From: Paraspadella gotoi
Lineage: Eukaryota > Animalia > Chaetognatha
DNA length: 64,000 nt
Direction: 5' to 3'
Assembly (NCBI GenBank): GCA_051294375.1
Contig: CM119266.1
Coordinates: 11,217,212 to 11,281,211, forward strand
This document shows positions 41,883-64,000 of the stretch, piece after piece; within the stretch, counting starts at the first letter, position 1, and each line of letters begins with the position of its first letter. A program made the position numbers and the translations under genes. The notes beneath the pieces were generated by a model, which was not told the origin of the DNA, made no database searches, and saw nothing but the letters and a program-made list of their open reading frames with translations.

Positions 41883-44800
41883 CTTTCTATTTCTCGGTTT
41901 CTTTGTTTCGTACCGAAGAAAGAGTTCAGATTTTAAAAGCTTAAACACCAGTAAAGGGGGAATGTAAGCTCTGTTTATTCGCGGAGTTTCCAGTGAATTA
42001 GCAGCGGATCGCAGCGTATTTTTTTTACTATTTAAGAAGTCTTCAGCTACTAAACTACTTAGTATATCTCTGCTTAACTATTTTCTATTTCTTTGATTCT
42101 AGTAATTTTCTCAAGAACCCGCATCTATCGTTCAAGAAGGGCGTGTCTGACAAGTTTAAAGCATGCAGTATTTTATCATTTGTTTTCCTTTAGAATAGAA
42201 AATTTAGTTTCACGCTAGAGGACGGGACGTGTAGAGTTAGCGCATTCGGACAGTAGACAACTGGTTTCCCTTTTGTTCCCTTCATCGCAAAATTGTAAAA
42301 AAAAATATTTAGGCTATAATATGCCTGCATTTTACTCATTAAATGAGGATAAAAGGTAACTAGATAACCACTTTTAAATATACATATATCTCTTCAGCAT
42401 GTAAAGTCTGTATAACTATGTTTCTGAAGCAGTACGAACCAGTATGAGCCAGTACTTATATTATAAATCATAAGTCCTTCTGACTAAATTAAAATTCTTA
42501 TTCATCAACAAATCAGTCCTTATCAACGGATTCAGACTTCGCGGTATAATTTTATTTTCTATCAATACGATTCCATGAATGAATCTCATTCGTCGTCGTC
42601 CTTTATTTTCGTCGCGTCTATCGTCGTTTGCTTCGTCGTATACATCGTCGCGACGCGCTCACACCGTCGTCATTGTCGTCGTCGCCTTAGTTGTCGTCTT
42701 CTTCATAGTCGTCGCATTCGCGCGCCACTCTCGCTTTCACATATATTCTTCGTCGTCGTCATCGTCGTCGTAATCGTCGTCGCCGTCATTGGATCCCACA
42801 TTCCCTTGCTTATCTGCTTTCCTTTCTCTTCTCTCCCTCTCTCTCTCCTCCTCCTCGTCTTCTCCTCTCTCTCCTCGTCTCTCTCTCTTCTCGTCTCTCT
42901 CATCTCCTCTCCTCTCCTCTCTCCGTTCTCTCCTCGTTCTCTCTCATCGTCTCTCCCTCTCAACTCTCTCTCGTCTCGTTGGCATTCAGCACACATCAAG
43001 GCAGATTCATCGTGCGCGTCAGCTGGTTCCTCAACCTTTCCTTGCCTTTTTCTTTCCCTCTCAGCGTTCGCTCCTCCTCTTCTTTATCTTCCTCTTCCCT
43101 CTCTTTTCTCTTCTTTGCTCCTTCCCCTCCGTTTCCTTATCCCTCCCTCTTTTTTTTTTTTTCCTCCTTTCCGCTTGGCTTCCTGGTTCTTAACAGATAT
43201 CTGTACTGTTCTCTCTCTCTATTCTCTCTCATCGTCCGTCCGTCTCTTCTTATCACCACTCCTCTTCCTCGTCTTGCTTCTCTTCGATTTTCACCGCTCG
43301 ACCTTGGTTGCTTTCTCATTTCTCTTGTCCGACGGCTTCAGCCTCGGCGAATGTCGTCCCCTATGTCGTCGTTCACGCCGCTCTGCCTCCCGTTTCATCG
43401 TCCGACTCGTAGTGTCTCCGTCTCTCTCTCTCTCTCGTTCGTCCCTGCTAAAATTGGTCCCGGGCCTGTGATGCTCTTTCACTTACCTCTCACTGTCTTC
43501 CTCCCGACCTAATTCAATGTTTCTCGCCCTCGTGGGCGACTGGTCGTCATCGTTGTCGTCATCGTTGTCGTCATTGTTGTTTTTTGTTGGCGACGTTTTC
43601 ACTGGGATCACGGATGATCTTCACATCACGTGCGAGCGTTCTGAGCCTCGGCCACGGTGAGCCGGAACCTTTCTCTCATATTTTCTGCCGTTACCCCTAT
43701 CAATTACACTCAACTCTCTCCTTCTCTCTCTTCTCTCTCGCGTCTCCTCTCTCTCTCTCTGTCCTCTTCTCTCTCCGGTCCTTCTCTCTCTCTCTCTTCT
43801 CGGGTCTTTCAATCGCTCCAAGCATCGAGTATGGCTACAAAATTTTTTTTGCTTCTCCTTTTTCTCGTAAAACCGTCCACAATCTCAAGACTCAAAAAGG
43901 CTTCGTTCTCTCTCTTTCGCTCATAATTACTGAGACACGATTTTTGCGATACGATTCTTCATCTTATCTCTTTATCTCTTTCGACTCGATGCGTGACGCG
44001 ATGTCACGTTCTTTCTTTTCTGCTTTGTGAATGATCCTAATTACTTTCTTTCGACATGCAACCTAGAATGTTAATGATTTAAACTTTTTTTTCCTTATTA
44101 AGTTTTATAAATCCGATAAATTTTTTAGACAGACATAGATTTATGTTTTAAAGTCAAAGATTAATTTTTGTAAAACGATATTTTTCATCAAAAAATATAT
44201 TTTTAATAACTTTTCTGACCTTGTCTTCACATAATATAAGCCTTAATAGTTTTAATTTTCACTGGAAGCACTGCTCTGTACTCTGTTGAGGTCGCAACTA
44301 AAAAAGAAATTTTTCTTCTTCTTTTTGGATAAAAAAATACGATGTCAGGCATATTGATGACATCATGACAGATTTGCCAATAAGATGTTGACAAGACGAA
44401 AAAGCAGGAAGATTTGTAAAGTCTATTAAAGTACCTGTTAATTTTTGTTTTCCTCTTTCGTTAATTTATTCTTTTTAACTTGTTTTGTTTTAACACTTTA
44501 ATCTGTTTATTTACCTGTATGTCAAGTAGGATGTGCTGCTTCAACATTTTGTTGATAACAAATAAAACACGTATAATGACAAGAAAAAAATATATTTCAT
44601 TTCTATACAACGTTTTAAACTTTGGCAAAGATAAAAATATTTTTCGTAAACCTTTTTTTTTCTCTCCAAATTTTTGATGTGAAAATGGTTGAGAGCGGAA
44701 CTCGACTTTTGGTGAAATCTAGAAAAAGCTCGAATGTAGTCTGACTAGTGAGTTCGAGAGTCAAGGTCAGGTTTGTTGACGTCTGTCGCCAGGGAAACGA

Positions 44801-45142
44801 ATCCGGAAAACGACGCAGAGAGAAAAAAATATTTTTTTTTATTAAAACTCTAAAATAGAAAAAAAAATGCTTTATACAGTACGTACTATCATTGCTTTGA
44901 CGAATATGGTAAAATACTGTTAGTCTGTGGCTTCAAAGAAGACGTTTCTGTTTTTCTTATCGTTGTAGTCGTCGTTTTCGTCGTTATCGTCATCGTTTAC
45001 GTCGTTATCGTCATCGTTGTCGTTGTCATCGTCTCCCATCTTTTTTTCTCGATCTCTCGCCCTTTTGCTTTGACTAACGATGAGGGGAGATTTTCTAGGA
45101 AACGGTAAACAACCTTCCATAAATCTGAAAACATGTGCGGGA

Positions 45143-45228
<86 letters not shown>

Positions 45229-46424
45229 ATTTCACTATTATCAAATTTAAAAAAATCGCAATCCAATTACAAATTAAAATAATTCCATATTTCCTCTCAG
45301 GAACTATTCTATTCCGGGAATAATTTTTTATCTCTTTCGAGCCACCTCTCTATTTTTCCATCTCTTCCGTCTTCTCTTTCTTTTCTTTTTTTTCTTCACA
45401 CTCCGCGCCATTTTAATCTTCTTCAGTCGAATTCCCTCTTCGACGCCGAGACGGATGTCATCCTTTCCTTTTCTTTTCTTTTTTCTTTCTCTTTTTTTTT
45501 CTTTTCCCCAAATCTTTTTCTTATTTTTTTGTTGTTTTTTTTGTCGTTTTTACATTTTCGCTCATTTCTCGGCCATTTTTTTTATCTTTAGTTTTTCTTA
45601 CGTTCATATCTTCCTTTCTTCCGCCTTTTTATTTTCTCCACCCTTACTTTGAACATTTTACTCATTTTAATTTTCATAGTAAAACATCTGCATATATGTC
45701 ATTATTTTCAACTGGCAGATACGAATCCTTCGGTCCTTCATGGACGTCTCCTGTTCTCTCTCCTCATCTAAATGTCTTTTTCGCTCAAAGGATTTCCCTA
45801 CCGCTTGACAAGATATCCAAACCTTTTATGTTTCTTCATTTATCCTTTTTCCTTCTTCTTCTTCTCTTCCTATCCGTCTTTCTTTTTATCTTGTCCTCTT
45901 CTTCCCCGCGAGTGAAAAGTTCACTCGAAAAGTGCTTCAATCTTCGGGATTCATTATTATGCATCGGCTGGCGCGAGCGCTATATATTTCTTTCTCTCCG
46001 GATGAAAAAAAAAGATATCTAACAGTTTCTCTTCGTGTTCCCCTTTCCTCCCNNNNNNNNNNNNNNNNNNNNNNNNNNNNNNNNNNNNNNNNNNNNNNNN
46101 NNNNNNNNNNNNNNNNNNNNNNNNNNNNNNNNNNNNNNNNNNNNNNNNNNNNNNNNNNNNNNNNNNNNNNNNNNNNNNNNNNNNNNNNNNNNNNNNNNNN
46201 NNNNNNNNNNNNNNNNNNNNNNNNNNNNNNNNNNNNNNNNNNNNNNNNNNNNNNNNNNNNNNNNNNNNNNNNNNNNNNNNNNNNNNNNNNNNNNNNNNNN
46301 NNNNNNNNNNNNNNNNNNNNNNNNNNNNNNNNNNNNNNNNNNNNNNNNNNNNNNNNNNNAATAAAGAATTCGACGTCAGCGCCATCGTCCGACGTTCTCT
46401 CCCGCCTCCGACTTTGTTTAAAGC

Positions 46425-46752
46425 ATGGCGCCGCCCCTTAAAGCGGCATCGGCGTCGTCTTGGCGCCCTCCCGCAATCGGCGCCGCTTTCTTTCCACGCC
46501 TCCTGCTCTTCTCCGTCCTATTTCTTGCACTCAGCCTCCCGTCGTCACTGCAGCGGCCGCCGCCCGTGCATGGCGGGCCGGCGGTGGAGGCGGAGACTGT
46601 GACGACGAAAGCGACGATGAGAGCGACGAACTCTGGCGGAGAAGTAAAGGTGGACGAGGAAAAACAACGACAACAACAACTACAACAACAACAACAACGG
46701 TTTCATCGGCGGAAACAGCAGAGGTTTGGTCGGAGCCTGGAGGAAGTTAAAG
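46425..46752 (+). CDS. First coding exon of a secreted preproprotein (neuropeptide-precursor-like or furin-processed)
   Basis: ATG in AGCATGG context; hydrophobic FFPRLLLFSVLFLALSLPSSLQ; Gln-rich spacer; HRRKQQRFGRSLEEVK; consensus donor AAAG|GTAAG (phase 1). Downstream exons were not identified. Confidence 0.6.
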
Positions 46753-46845
46753 GTAAGCTGTAATTAGTGAAGTGTGAGAAACACTATTGGCTTCAATGTC
46801 AAAGAAAAATGAATGATTGTCGGAACGTGAAAGCGTGATTGTGAA

Positions 46846-46957
46846 CAAATTGAAAGGATTGAAAGGATTGAAATTGAAAGGATTGAAATTGAAATTGAAA
46901 TTGAAATTGAAATTGAAATTGAAAGGATTGAAAGGATTGAAAGGAATGAAAGGATTG
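46846..46957. repeat. Minisatellite of GAAAGGATT/GAAATT units
   Basis: Directly visible; sits in a local duplication (46819-47002 vs 47013-47110) that is absent from the copy at ~55955. Confidence 0.9.
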
Positions 46958-48059
46958 TGAACAAATTGCCAACAGAAGGATGGTTAAGTCACTTGTTGGT
47001 CTNNNNNNNNNNGTCGGAACGTGAAAGCTTGATTGTGAACAAATTGATTGTGAACAAATTGATTGTGAAGAAATTGTCAACAGAAGGATGGTTACGTCAC
47101 TTGTTGGTCTTTCGTTGGTCAAACTCGTTGGCTCGTGACAAAATATGAGACGCAAACTGTGTTCCCAGTTAAAAAAAAAAATTGAACGGGAATAAAAAAA
47201 AAAAATAGAGTGAGAGAGAGTGGACTTAAGCTTTCCCCTCCGTGTTTGTCAAGCTCATCGATCGAGAGAGCGACCGACCGAATATGTTTGACAAAGTTTC
47301 ACGTTCGTAAGCGTTTTTAGCCGAAGCTTCTCTTCACCACAAAAAAAGTATTTACATTTTACCCAGTAGACAGTAAACACACTTTTATCAAGATTAATCG
47401 AACTTACTCGAAGGGAGGGGGACATCTGGAGTTCCCTTTTATATCGAAAATTTATGACGATTATAAAAAAAAAGTTGGTGGAATAAAAGTGTTGTCGGGA
47501 AGTGAGGACAGGAAACGGAAAAAAAAATCGTTTTCCTGAAANNNNNNNNNNNNNNNNNNNNNNNNNNNNNNNNNNNNNNNNNNNNNNNNNNNNNNNNNNN
47601 NNNNNNNNNNNNNNNNNNNNNNNNNNNNNNNNNNNNNNNNNNNNNNNNNNNNNNNNNNNNNNNNNNNNNNNNNNNNNNNNNNNNNNNNNNNNNNNNNNNN
47701 NNNNNNNNNNNNNNNNNNNNNNNNNNNNNNNNNNNNNNNNNNNNNNNNGAGAGAGAGAGAGAAATACAGACAGACAGATTAACCCACAATGAAAGACGAA
47801 CAATGAGACAAACAGACACTGAGACATAGAAAAAAAGACAGAATGACAGAAGAAAAAAAACAAAAAAAAGGATGGAAAAGAAACAAAGGTAAAACTCATC
47901 ATGATTTTTCTCTGTCATTCTGTCTCATCTCTCCAAATTGGTCGTCGTTGTCGTTGCCGCCTCGCTAATTGATAAAACCGCGAGTAGGCGTGCTGTGGGG
48001 CCTCTTGCCCGGCGCCATCGGTGGAAATGTAATGAACGATCGAAAACAAAATGGCAAGA

Positions 48060-48210
<151 letters not shown>

Positions 48211-48649
48211 GCCAGTCGATACAAATATGTATAACCGATTTGTGTAAATTGCGAAGTAAGAGTGAGTGACGTCAATTGACGTCAATGGCATCCAGAGCTG
48301 AAAAGAATTGACGCCAAATAAAAGATTTTTTTTTCTATTCGAGTGGTCGATAAATAAAGCGACTATATCGTCGATGATAAGCATTGATAAAAAACAGACA
48401 AACAAATTGACAAACAAAAACCTAAATCGTAAAACTAACACCAACAATCTATAGTAGGTCATATATGGCTACTTAATGTTTTGCAACAAATTAAGTTATA
48501 AACGTTAATTTTATGCTATTTTGAAAGACCGACGTCGACGAGTCTTCGACCAAGTTAGCATCTCATTGACCTTTTTTTTTTTCCGGGAGAGTTTTCGATC
48601 CCAGGTTAAACTCATTCTTTTCCCCGGCTAACGCGGCCGCCGCCGCCGC

Positions 48650-48680
<31 letters not shown>

Positions 48681-49007
48681 GCCGCCGCCTCCCTGCGACG
48701 AAAGTCGGGCGTCCACGGCGTCCTCCGTCGGTTTGTCGGTCATTAGTTTGACGTCAAAGGAAATCNNNNNNNNNNNNNNNNNNNNNNNNNCGGAAAATCT
48801 CGTCTGTGATTTGATGACTTTTTCATCGACTTCTGGAGAAGAAAAAAAAGAGGAAAGGATCAAAATGAGACAAGAGAAAAAGAGGAAGGAAAAGAGAAAC
48901 TATAAAAGAGAAAAAAGGATTAGGAAATCAAAAAGACGAAAGAAAGACCGAAAGTGGAGGGACTAGAAGGGATATCATGGCGTAATTATAAGGAAGAAGA
49001 GAGAGAG

Positions 49008-49068
<61 letters not shown>

Positions 49069-52000
49069 GAGAGAGAAGAATGATTGAGTGAGAGAGAGTG
49101 AGAGAGGGAGAGAGAGAGAGAGGTAGACAGAGACAAGAGAGAGATAATATGTCGTCTTTTCTCATGTTTCTTTTTTCGTTTAATTTGGTTTACTTTTGAT
49201 TCGTCAATTATTTTGTCAACTTTATTTCTGTGTGAGTTAGCACGAAAACATTTTATCATCCGAGGCTTAAAAATGCAAATCAAGAAAGAAACTCAGTGAA
49301 TAAGTTAAGGTTGAAAAAAGGGATAAAAAAAAAGGAAAGGAGGTAGCGAAGAAGAAGAAACAGGGGAGGAGAATAAATACAGGAAAAGATGCGGTTTGAT
49401 TGGCAAAGGACGAAGATCGAAATCACGCGAGGAGAGAATCTCTGCGGATTAAAAAAAAGAGGGAGAGCGGATGAGAGAAGGATGAAATAAAGCGCAGGCG
49501 AGAATTTGAAATAGAAGAAAATAAAATAAAAATAAATTAATGTTAATTTAAGGTAGTGTGGTGGTGTTTAAAGTAGGATCGGATAATATCCTAATTTTTT
49601 GAAGTGAAAAAAGAGAAGCGCTAAATTCCAATGTGTTTGGACGCCGCAGTGACTTTAGTTTTCACGTGTTATTTTCTTGAGCACATCGATCGATGGAACA
49701 GAACGGTGAGAGACATGACGTTTATAAATATGTTGATTTCACATGTGAATTTATGGACTTGGCCGCTGTCATTACATCATAGTTCTTTTTCGTCATTCGC
49801 GGTTTTATGTCTGCAATCAAGTTCGTTATATTATTTGGAAAGTTCCTTGAAGGTTTTACTGATCCTTATTAATCGGAAAAATGAGTTCCCACACAAATTT
49901 ATTACGTTTAACTATATAGTGAGCGACAGACGCGTTTGATGAGGACAGATACAGAGCAAGAAGGATGCACGTACAGTCTAAAGTAGTACCTTTTACATAC
50001 CGGCAGCTAAATCCGGATTAGCCGCGCAGTCCGGGCGAGCACCGGCGGGCCCATGCTGTCGACAAAGGACGAGTTAGCTCTCCGTTTTATCCTTCGCGGT
50101 CCTGCGTACGACTAAACAAATGCTAGCGGTAATTTTAAATAGAATAAAAAAAAAAACAAAACAAAAGGAACGCATTTCTAAGATGGTTGCCTTGCCAGCA
50201 TTTTTGTTTTCACGGTCATTACAATTTTCATTGTGCAACATACTTTCAAATGTAACATGACCGCGAATACTGCACAAAGCGTGCACTCTATATTATCTAC
50301 AGTGCAACACTGATATCACCAAATGACTTTGGTATTTGCGGCGAGTTTTCTTTGATGTTTGCAAAACCTTAGTAGAACGAATGGATAAATAGACACAACT
50401 ATTACCAAGTCTGAGGACAACACGACGAAGTCCGAATTGTCTTACAGGAGATGCTCAAAAAAGTGAGACTCGCCGACGACCATAATCACAAGTGATCTTT
50501 TTAATTTTGCGAAAAGGGTAGATGAGGGATAATACGTCCTTTTTATGTTTTATAGACGGAAAAAGAGGCGAGGAAAGATATGAATAGACGCGCCTTAGAG
50601 GGAGCGTTTGGTTGGGAGAGTGTTGGGATGAATGGGATGGGAAGGGGTGGGGTGGGTGGGGTTAGGAGGGGTGGGGCACGAAGAGAATGAAGTGAATGAC
50701 GGAGAGGAAAAACCATTAAATGAAGACGAAATACAAAAAATGTTCTCTTTCTTTTCCCGAGAAAAACGGAAGAAACTGTGCCAAATCCAGGAGAGAAAAT
50801 CCTGGCGGGGCCATAATGCAGCGACGAGGTCTCTCTCGTGCTCTCTCTTTCTTTTCTCTCTCATCACTCTCTCTCTCTCTTATATTTTCTCTCTCTCACT
50901 CCTCTTAACTTTTCCCCAAACGCGGCTACTGAAGATAGTCTGCAACACATTGTCCTAGGAAGATAACGGTGGACACGCGAATTAATCAAATGAGTTTAAT
51001 CTGCAAATGGATCGATATAAAAATTTGAAGAATTTTTCTCCATTTTTGCTTACTTTTGATAAAAAAAAAAAAGATGAAAGAATTGAATAATCACGCGACG
51101 AAGTCTTTTTTCATTCGTTGTCAAAATTACTTGTCAGATGGGAATCCAGGAACTCGAATAATTTTATCGGTGAGCAAAAATTCCCCTCGTATTTCAGCGA
51201 TGCGTCGCAAATGGCTGACGCATGCTCTTTAGTGGAATTAAAAATTAAAATATCAATTACAATTTACAAAATTATTAGTCTTTCCTTCGCGATGTAACTT
51301 TTTGATAAATTTTTATTTGAAGTGATGATAGTGATTAGTTGAAAGATGTAATACTAAAAAAATATTTTTTTAAAAAGAAAAGGATGAAGAAAAAATGAGA
51401 AAAATGGAAAAATGAGGACGGCATCGACGTTGAAATCTCGAACCTTTGTTTTCGGCTGACGCCCGACATTTCTCCTCTCCTCTCATCTCTCTCATCTCTC
51501 TCTCTCTCTCGTCAGTCTCTCCTCATCTCTCGCGGTCTCTCTCTCTCCTCTGTATCAACAAATTACCGGATGTCGAGGGAGAGAAAAATTAAAATTTGCG
51601 CCTCAGAAAATCGCCTGCGCCCGCCAGCGCGCAAACGAACGAATACCTCCGAATTAAAAACCATAAAGTAGATTTCCGGAGGGACATGGGAGAAGGATCC
51701 CATTGGCACCACTAGTTTTATTGAAAGGCGTTCGAGAAGATGGAAGAGCAGGAAGAAATGATGGAATGTCGTCGTTGTGAAATCCTCCTGAGATTCTGAT
51801 AAAGACCGGTTGGCGACGAGGAAAGAAAATAAAAAACAAACAAGAAATAATCGTCTTAAAATCAATAAATTTAAGAAAGAATTTTTTTGCAATAAACAGA
51901 CAACTTTCGTAAAAATAAAAGTTCTTGTAAAGGTTCGCTTTGGCTTGTGTTTGAAAATTTAATGTTCAAATTCGAAACTGCGGCGCGCCTCCCTGGTATC

Positions 52001-53025
52001 CATTTTTATCATAAAAGTTCCCCTAAGTGTGGAAATTTTTTCTGTTTCGCTTCCCCCAGCCTGCCCCTCTTTCTTCCTCTCTCTCTCTTGCGCTCTCTCG
52101 TCCGTCTCTAAAAATGAAATTAATGTTATATTTAAGGTAGTGTGGTGGCGTTTAAAGTAGGATCGGATAATGCCCAAATGTGTAAAAAAGAAGAACGCTA
52201 ATTCCAATGTGTNNNNNNNNNNNNNNNNNNNNNNNNNNNNNNNNNNNNNNNNNNNNNNNNNNNNNNNNNNNNNNNNNNNNNNNNNNNNNNNNNNNNNNNN
52301 NNNNNNNNNNNNNNNNNNNNNNNNNNNNNNNNNNNNNNNNNNNNNNNNNNNNNNNNNNNNNNNNNNNNNNNNNNNNNNNNNNNNNNNNNNNNNNNNNNNN
52401 NNNNNNNNNNNNNNNNNNNNNNNNNNNNNNNNNNNNNNNNNNNNNNNNNNNNNNNNNNTCCGTCTTTTATTATTTATCATTTTAGGAATTCTTGAGGTTT
52501 TACTGTCTTAACAAATGAGCAAATTATATGTACTTTTAACATAAGTGGGACAGACCGATAGACAGATAGACAGACAGACAGACAGTCAGACCAACCGACA
52601 GACAGACCGAAAAGTTACTCTAAGAGTTGCTCCTTGTTTACTCGCGGCGCAACTAAAAACGCTAGCGTATTTAAAAGAAATTAAAAAAAAAAACGTATGC
52701 GCGAGGATTTTTAAAAAGGAAGAAAAACAAAGAACCGCATTTCTAAGATGTTGCACCCACATTTTGCTTTTCACGGCATTACAATTTTCATTGATAATCT
52801 TCAATGATAACATGACGAAACAAGCGTGTAACATTCACGCAACACCTATATACCAAATGACTTGGTATTGCGCGAGTTTTTTATGTTTCAACCTTAGTAG
52901 AACGAATGGATAAATAGACAAACTATACAACCGACCGACCGACAGTCCGATTGTCTTACAGAGATAGAGGTAGCCGACCAAATTCAAATTTTAATGGGAA
53001 NNNNNNNNNNNNNNNNNNNNNNNNN

Positions 53026-61805
<8,780 letters not shown>

Positions 61806-61830
61806 NNNNNNNNNNNNNNNNNNNNNNNNN

Positions 61831-63913
61831 TCCTGTATTAAGGTTTATTAAAATCGATAAATTTTTTTTATGACAGGCACCATAGTATATTATGTTAAAG
61901 TCAAAGATTAATTTTTGTAAAACGATATTTTTCATCAAACAAAAAATATAGTTTTTATAACTTATTTCTGACCTTGCTCTTCACATAATATAAAGCCTTA
62001 ATAGTTTTAATTTTCACTGAAGCTCTGCTCTGTACTCTCGTTGCAGTGAGCGTCCGCCAACCTAAAAAAGCAAATTTTCTTCTTCTTTTTGGATAAAAAA
62101 ATACGATGTCAGGATATTGATGAATCATGGACAAGATTGCCCAATAAGTAAGATGTTGACAAACGGAAAAAGCAGGAAGATTGTAAAGTCTATTAAAGTA
62201 CCTAGTTAATTTTGTTTCCATCTTTCGTTTAGTTTATTCTTTTTAACTTGTTTTTGTTTTAACACTTTAATCTGTATACCTGTATATGGTAAGTAGGATG
62301 TGCTGCTTCAATCTATTCTGTTGACTAACAAATAAAACGGTATAATGACAAGAAAAAAATAATTTCATTTCTATAACAACGTTTTAAACTTTGGCAAAGA
62401 TAAAAAATTTCGCTGTTAAACCTTTTTTTTTTTCTCTCCAAATTTTTTGATTGTTGAAAATGGTGAGAAGAGCGGAACTCGACTTTTGAGTGAAATTAGA
62501 AAAAGCTCGAATGTAGTCTGACTACGTGGAGGTTCGAGAAGTCAAGGGGTCAGGTTGTTGACGTCTGCGCCAGGGAAACGAATCCAGAAAGAAAAAAAAA
62601 CCAACGACGCCATGAGAGAGAGAAAAAATATTTTATTAAAACTCTAAAATAGAAAAAAAAATGCTTTATACAGTACGTATATCATGTGCTTTTGGACGAA
62701 TATGGTAAAATACTGTTAGTCTGTAGGCTTCAAAGAAGACCGTTTCTGTTTTTCTATCGTTTGCTATAGTGTCGTCGTTTTCGTCGTTATTCGTCATCGG
62801 TTTACGTCGGCTCTATCGTCATCGTTGTCGTGTCATCGTCTCCATCTTTTTCTCGATCTCCTCGCCCTTTGCTTTGACTAACGATGCAGGGGGGAGAATT
62901 TTCTAGGAAACGGGTTAAACAACCTTCCATTAAATCTGAAACATGGTGCGGGAATGTTTCTCTCTTCGTCCTACTCTCTCTCTCTCTCTCTCTCTCTCGT
63001 TCTCTCTCTCTCTCTCTTCTCTCTCTCTCGACTTCTCTCTCTCTCTTCTCTTTCCATTCACTATTATCAAAATTTAAAAAAATCGCAACTCCCAAATTAC
63101 AATTAAAAATAATTCCATATTCCTCTCAGAACTATTCTATTCCGGGAATAATTTTTTATCTCTTTCGAGGCCACCTCTCTATTTTCCATCTCTTCTCTCT
63201 CTTTCCTTTTCTTTTTTTCTTCCACACTCCGCCGCCATTTTAATCTTCTTCAGTTTCGAATTCCCTTCTTCGACCGCCGAGACGATGTAGCTTTCAATCC
63301 TCCTTTTACTTTTCTTTTTTCTTTTCTCTTTTCTTTTTCCCCAAATCTCTTTCTTATATTTATTCTTTGTTTTTTTTGACGTTTTTACATTTTCGCCCTC
63401 ACTTCTCGGCCATTAGTTCTTTTTTATCTTTAGTTTTCTTAGCGTTCATATCTTCCTCTTTCCGGCCTTTTCTATTTTCTCCACCCTTACTGATTGAACA
63501 TTTACTCCAATTTTAATGTTTCCATAGTAAAAACATCTGAATGTATGTCCATTATTTCAACTGGCAGATACGAAATCCTCGGCTCGCTTCAATGGACGCT
63601 CTCCTTTACTCTCTCCTCATCTAAATGTCTTTCGCTCACAAGGGATCCCCCTACCGCTTTGTACAAAGATTCCAAACCTTTTAGTTCTTCTTTATCCTTT
63701 TTCCTTCTTCTTCTTCTCTTCCTATCCGGTCTTTCTTTATCTTGTCCTCTTCTTCCCCGCGAGTGAAAAAAGTGTCACCTAAAAGTGCTTCAATTTTTTC
63801 GGGATTCATTATTATGCATCGGCTGGCCGCGAGCCGCTATTATATTTCTTTTCTCTCCGGAATGAAAAAAAAAAGATATCTTAACAGTTTCTCTTCGTGT
63901 TCCCCTTTCCTCT

Positions 63914-63960
<47 letters not shown>

Positions 63961-64000
63961 CTCTCTCTCTCTCTTCTCTCTCTTCTCTCTCCTTCCTTCT
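61831..64000. repeat. Apparently base-identical duplicate of 53026-~55195
   Basis: ORF-track entries recur unchanged at a constant 8805-bp offset (53150/61955, 53997/62802, 54079/62884, 54689/63494). Confidence 0.97.

Larger units (their letters stand above)
39319..43700. repeat. Direct duplicate of ~33755-38215
   Basis: Colinear throughout; begins immediately after a 25-N gap. Confidence 0.92.

Noticed and set aside
48612-48765. Poly-Gly or poly-Ala exon from the (GCC)n tract
   Set aside because: Both strands give plausible short peptides, so strand and splice partners cannot be fixed.

Overview
This window is eukaryotic (animal-like) draft-assembly DNA, not prokaryotic. It has spliceosomal GT-AG introns, dense (GA)n/(TCG)n/(CTAT)n/(GAAA)n microsatellites and many N gaps. 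No rRNA, tRNA or CRISPR array is supported. More than half the window is redundant: three copies of 8.1-11.8 kb, three copies (one inverted) of the 33-38 kb region, and two or more copies of 44-52 kb. The extra copies are indel-rich and bordered by 25-N gaps, which points to noisy long-read gap filling or uncollapsed haplotypes. Genes rebuilt by hand from splice sites: (1) a minus-strand gene (7495->~1344) for a ~850-aa secreted, acidic, coiled-coil protein whose Ser/Ala-rich tail is built from symmetric phase-1 micro-exons and which carries a KR-GGYPSNGWN-G-RK cassette; (2) a GM2-activator-like ML-domain gene (best copy 41882->40039), possibly extended into cadherin-like, stalk and transmembrane exons; (3) the first exon of a secreted preproprotein with an RRK-QQRF-GR motif (46425-46752). 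Mobile DNA: a ~1.4-kb hAT-like insertion present in one copy and absent from another, a small MITE-like element, and a candidate DIRS-type terminus at the window start. No database searches were run; family calls rest on recalled motifs.
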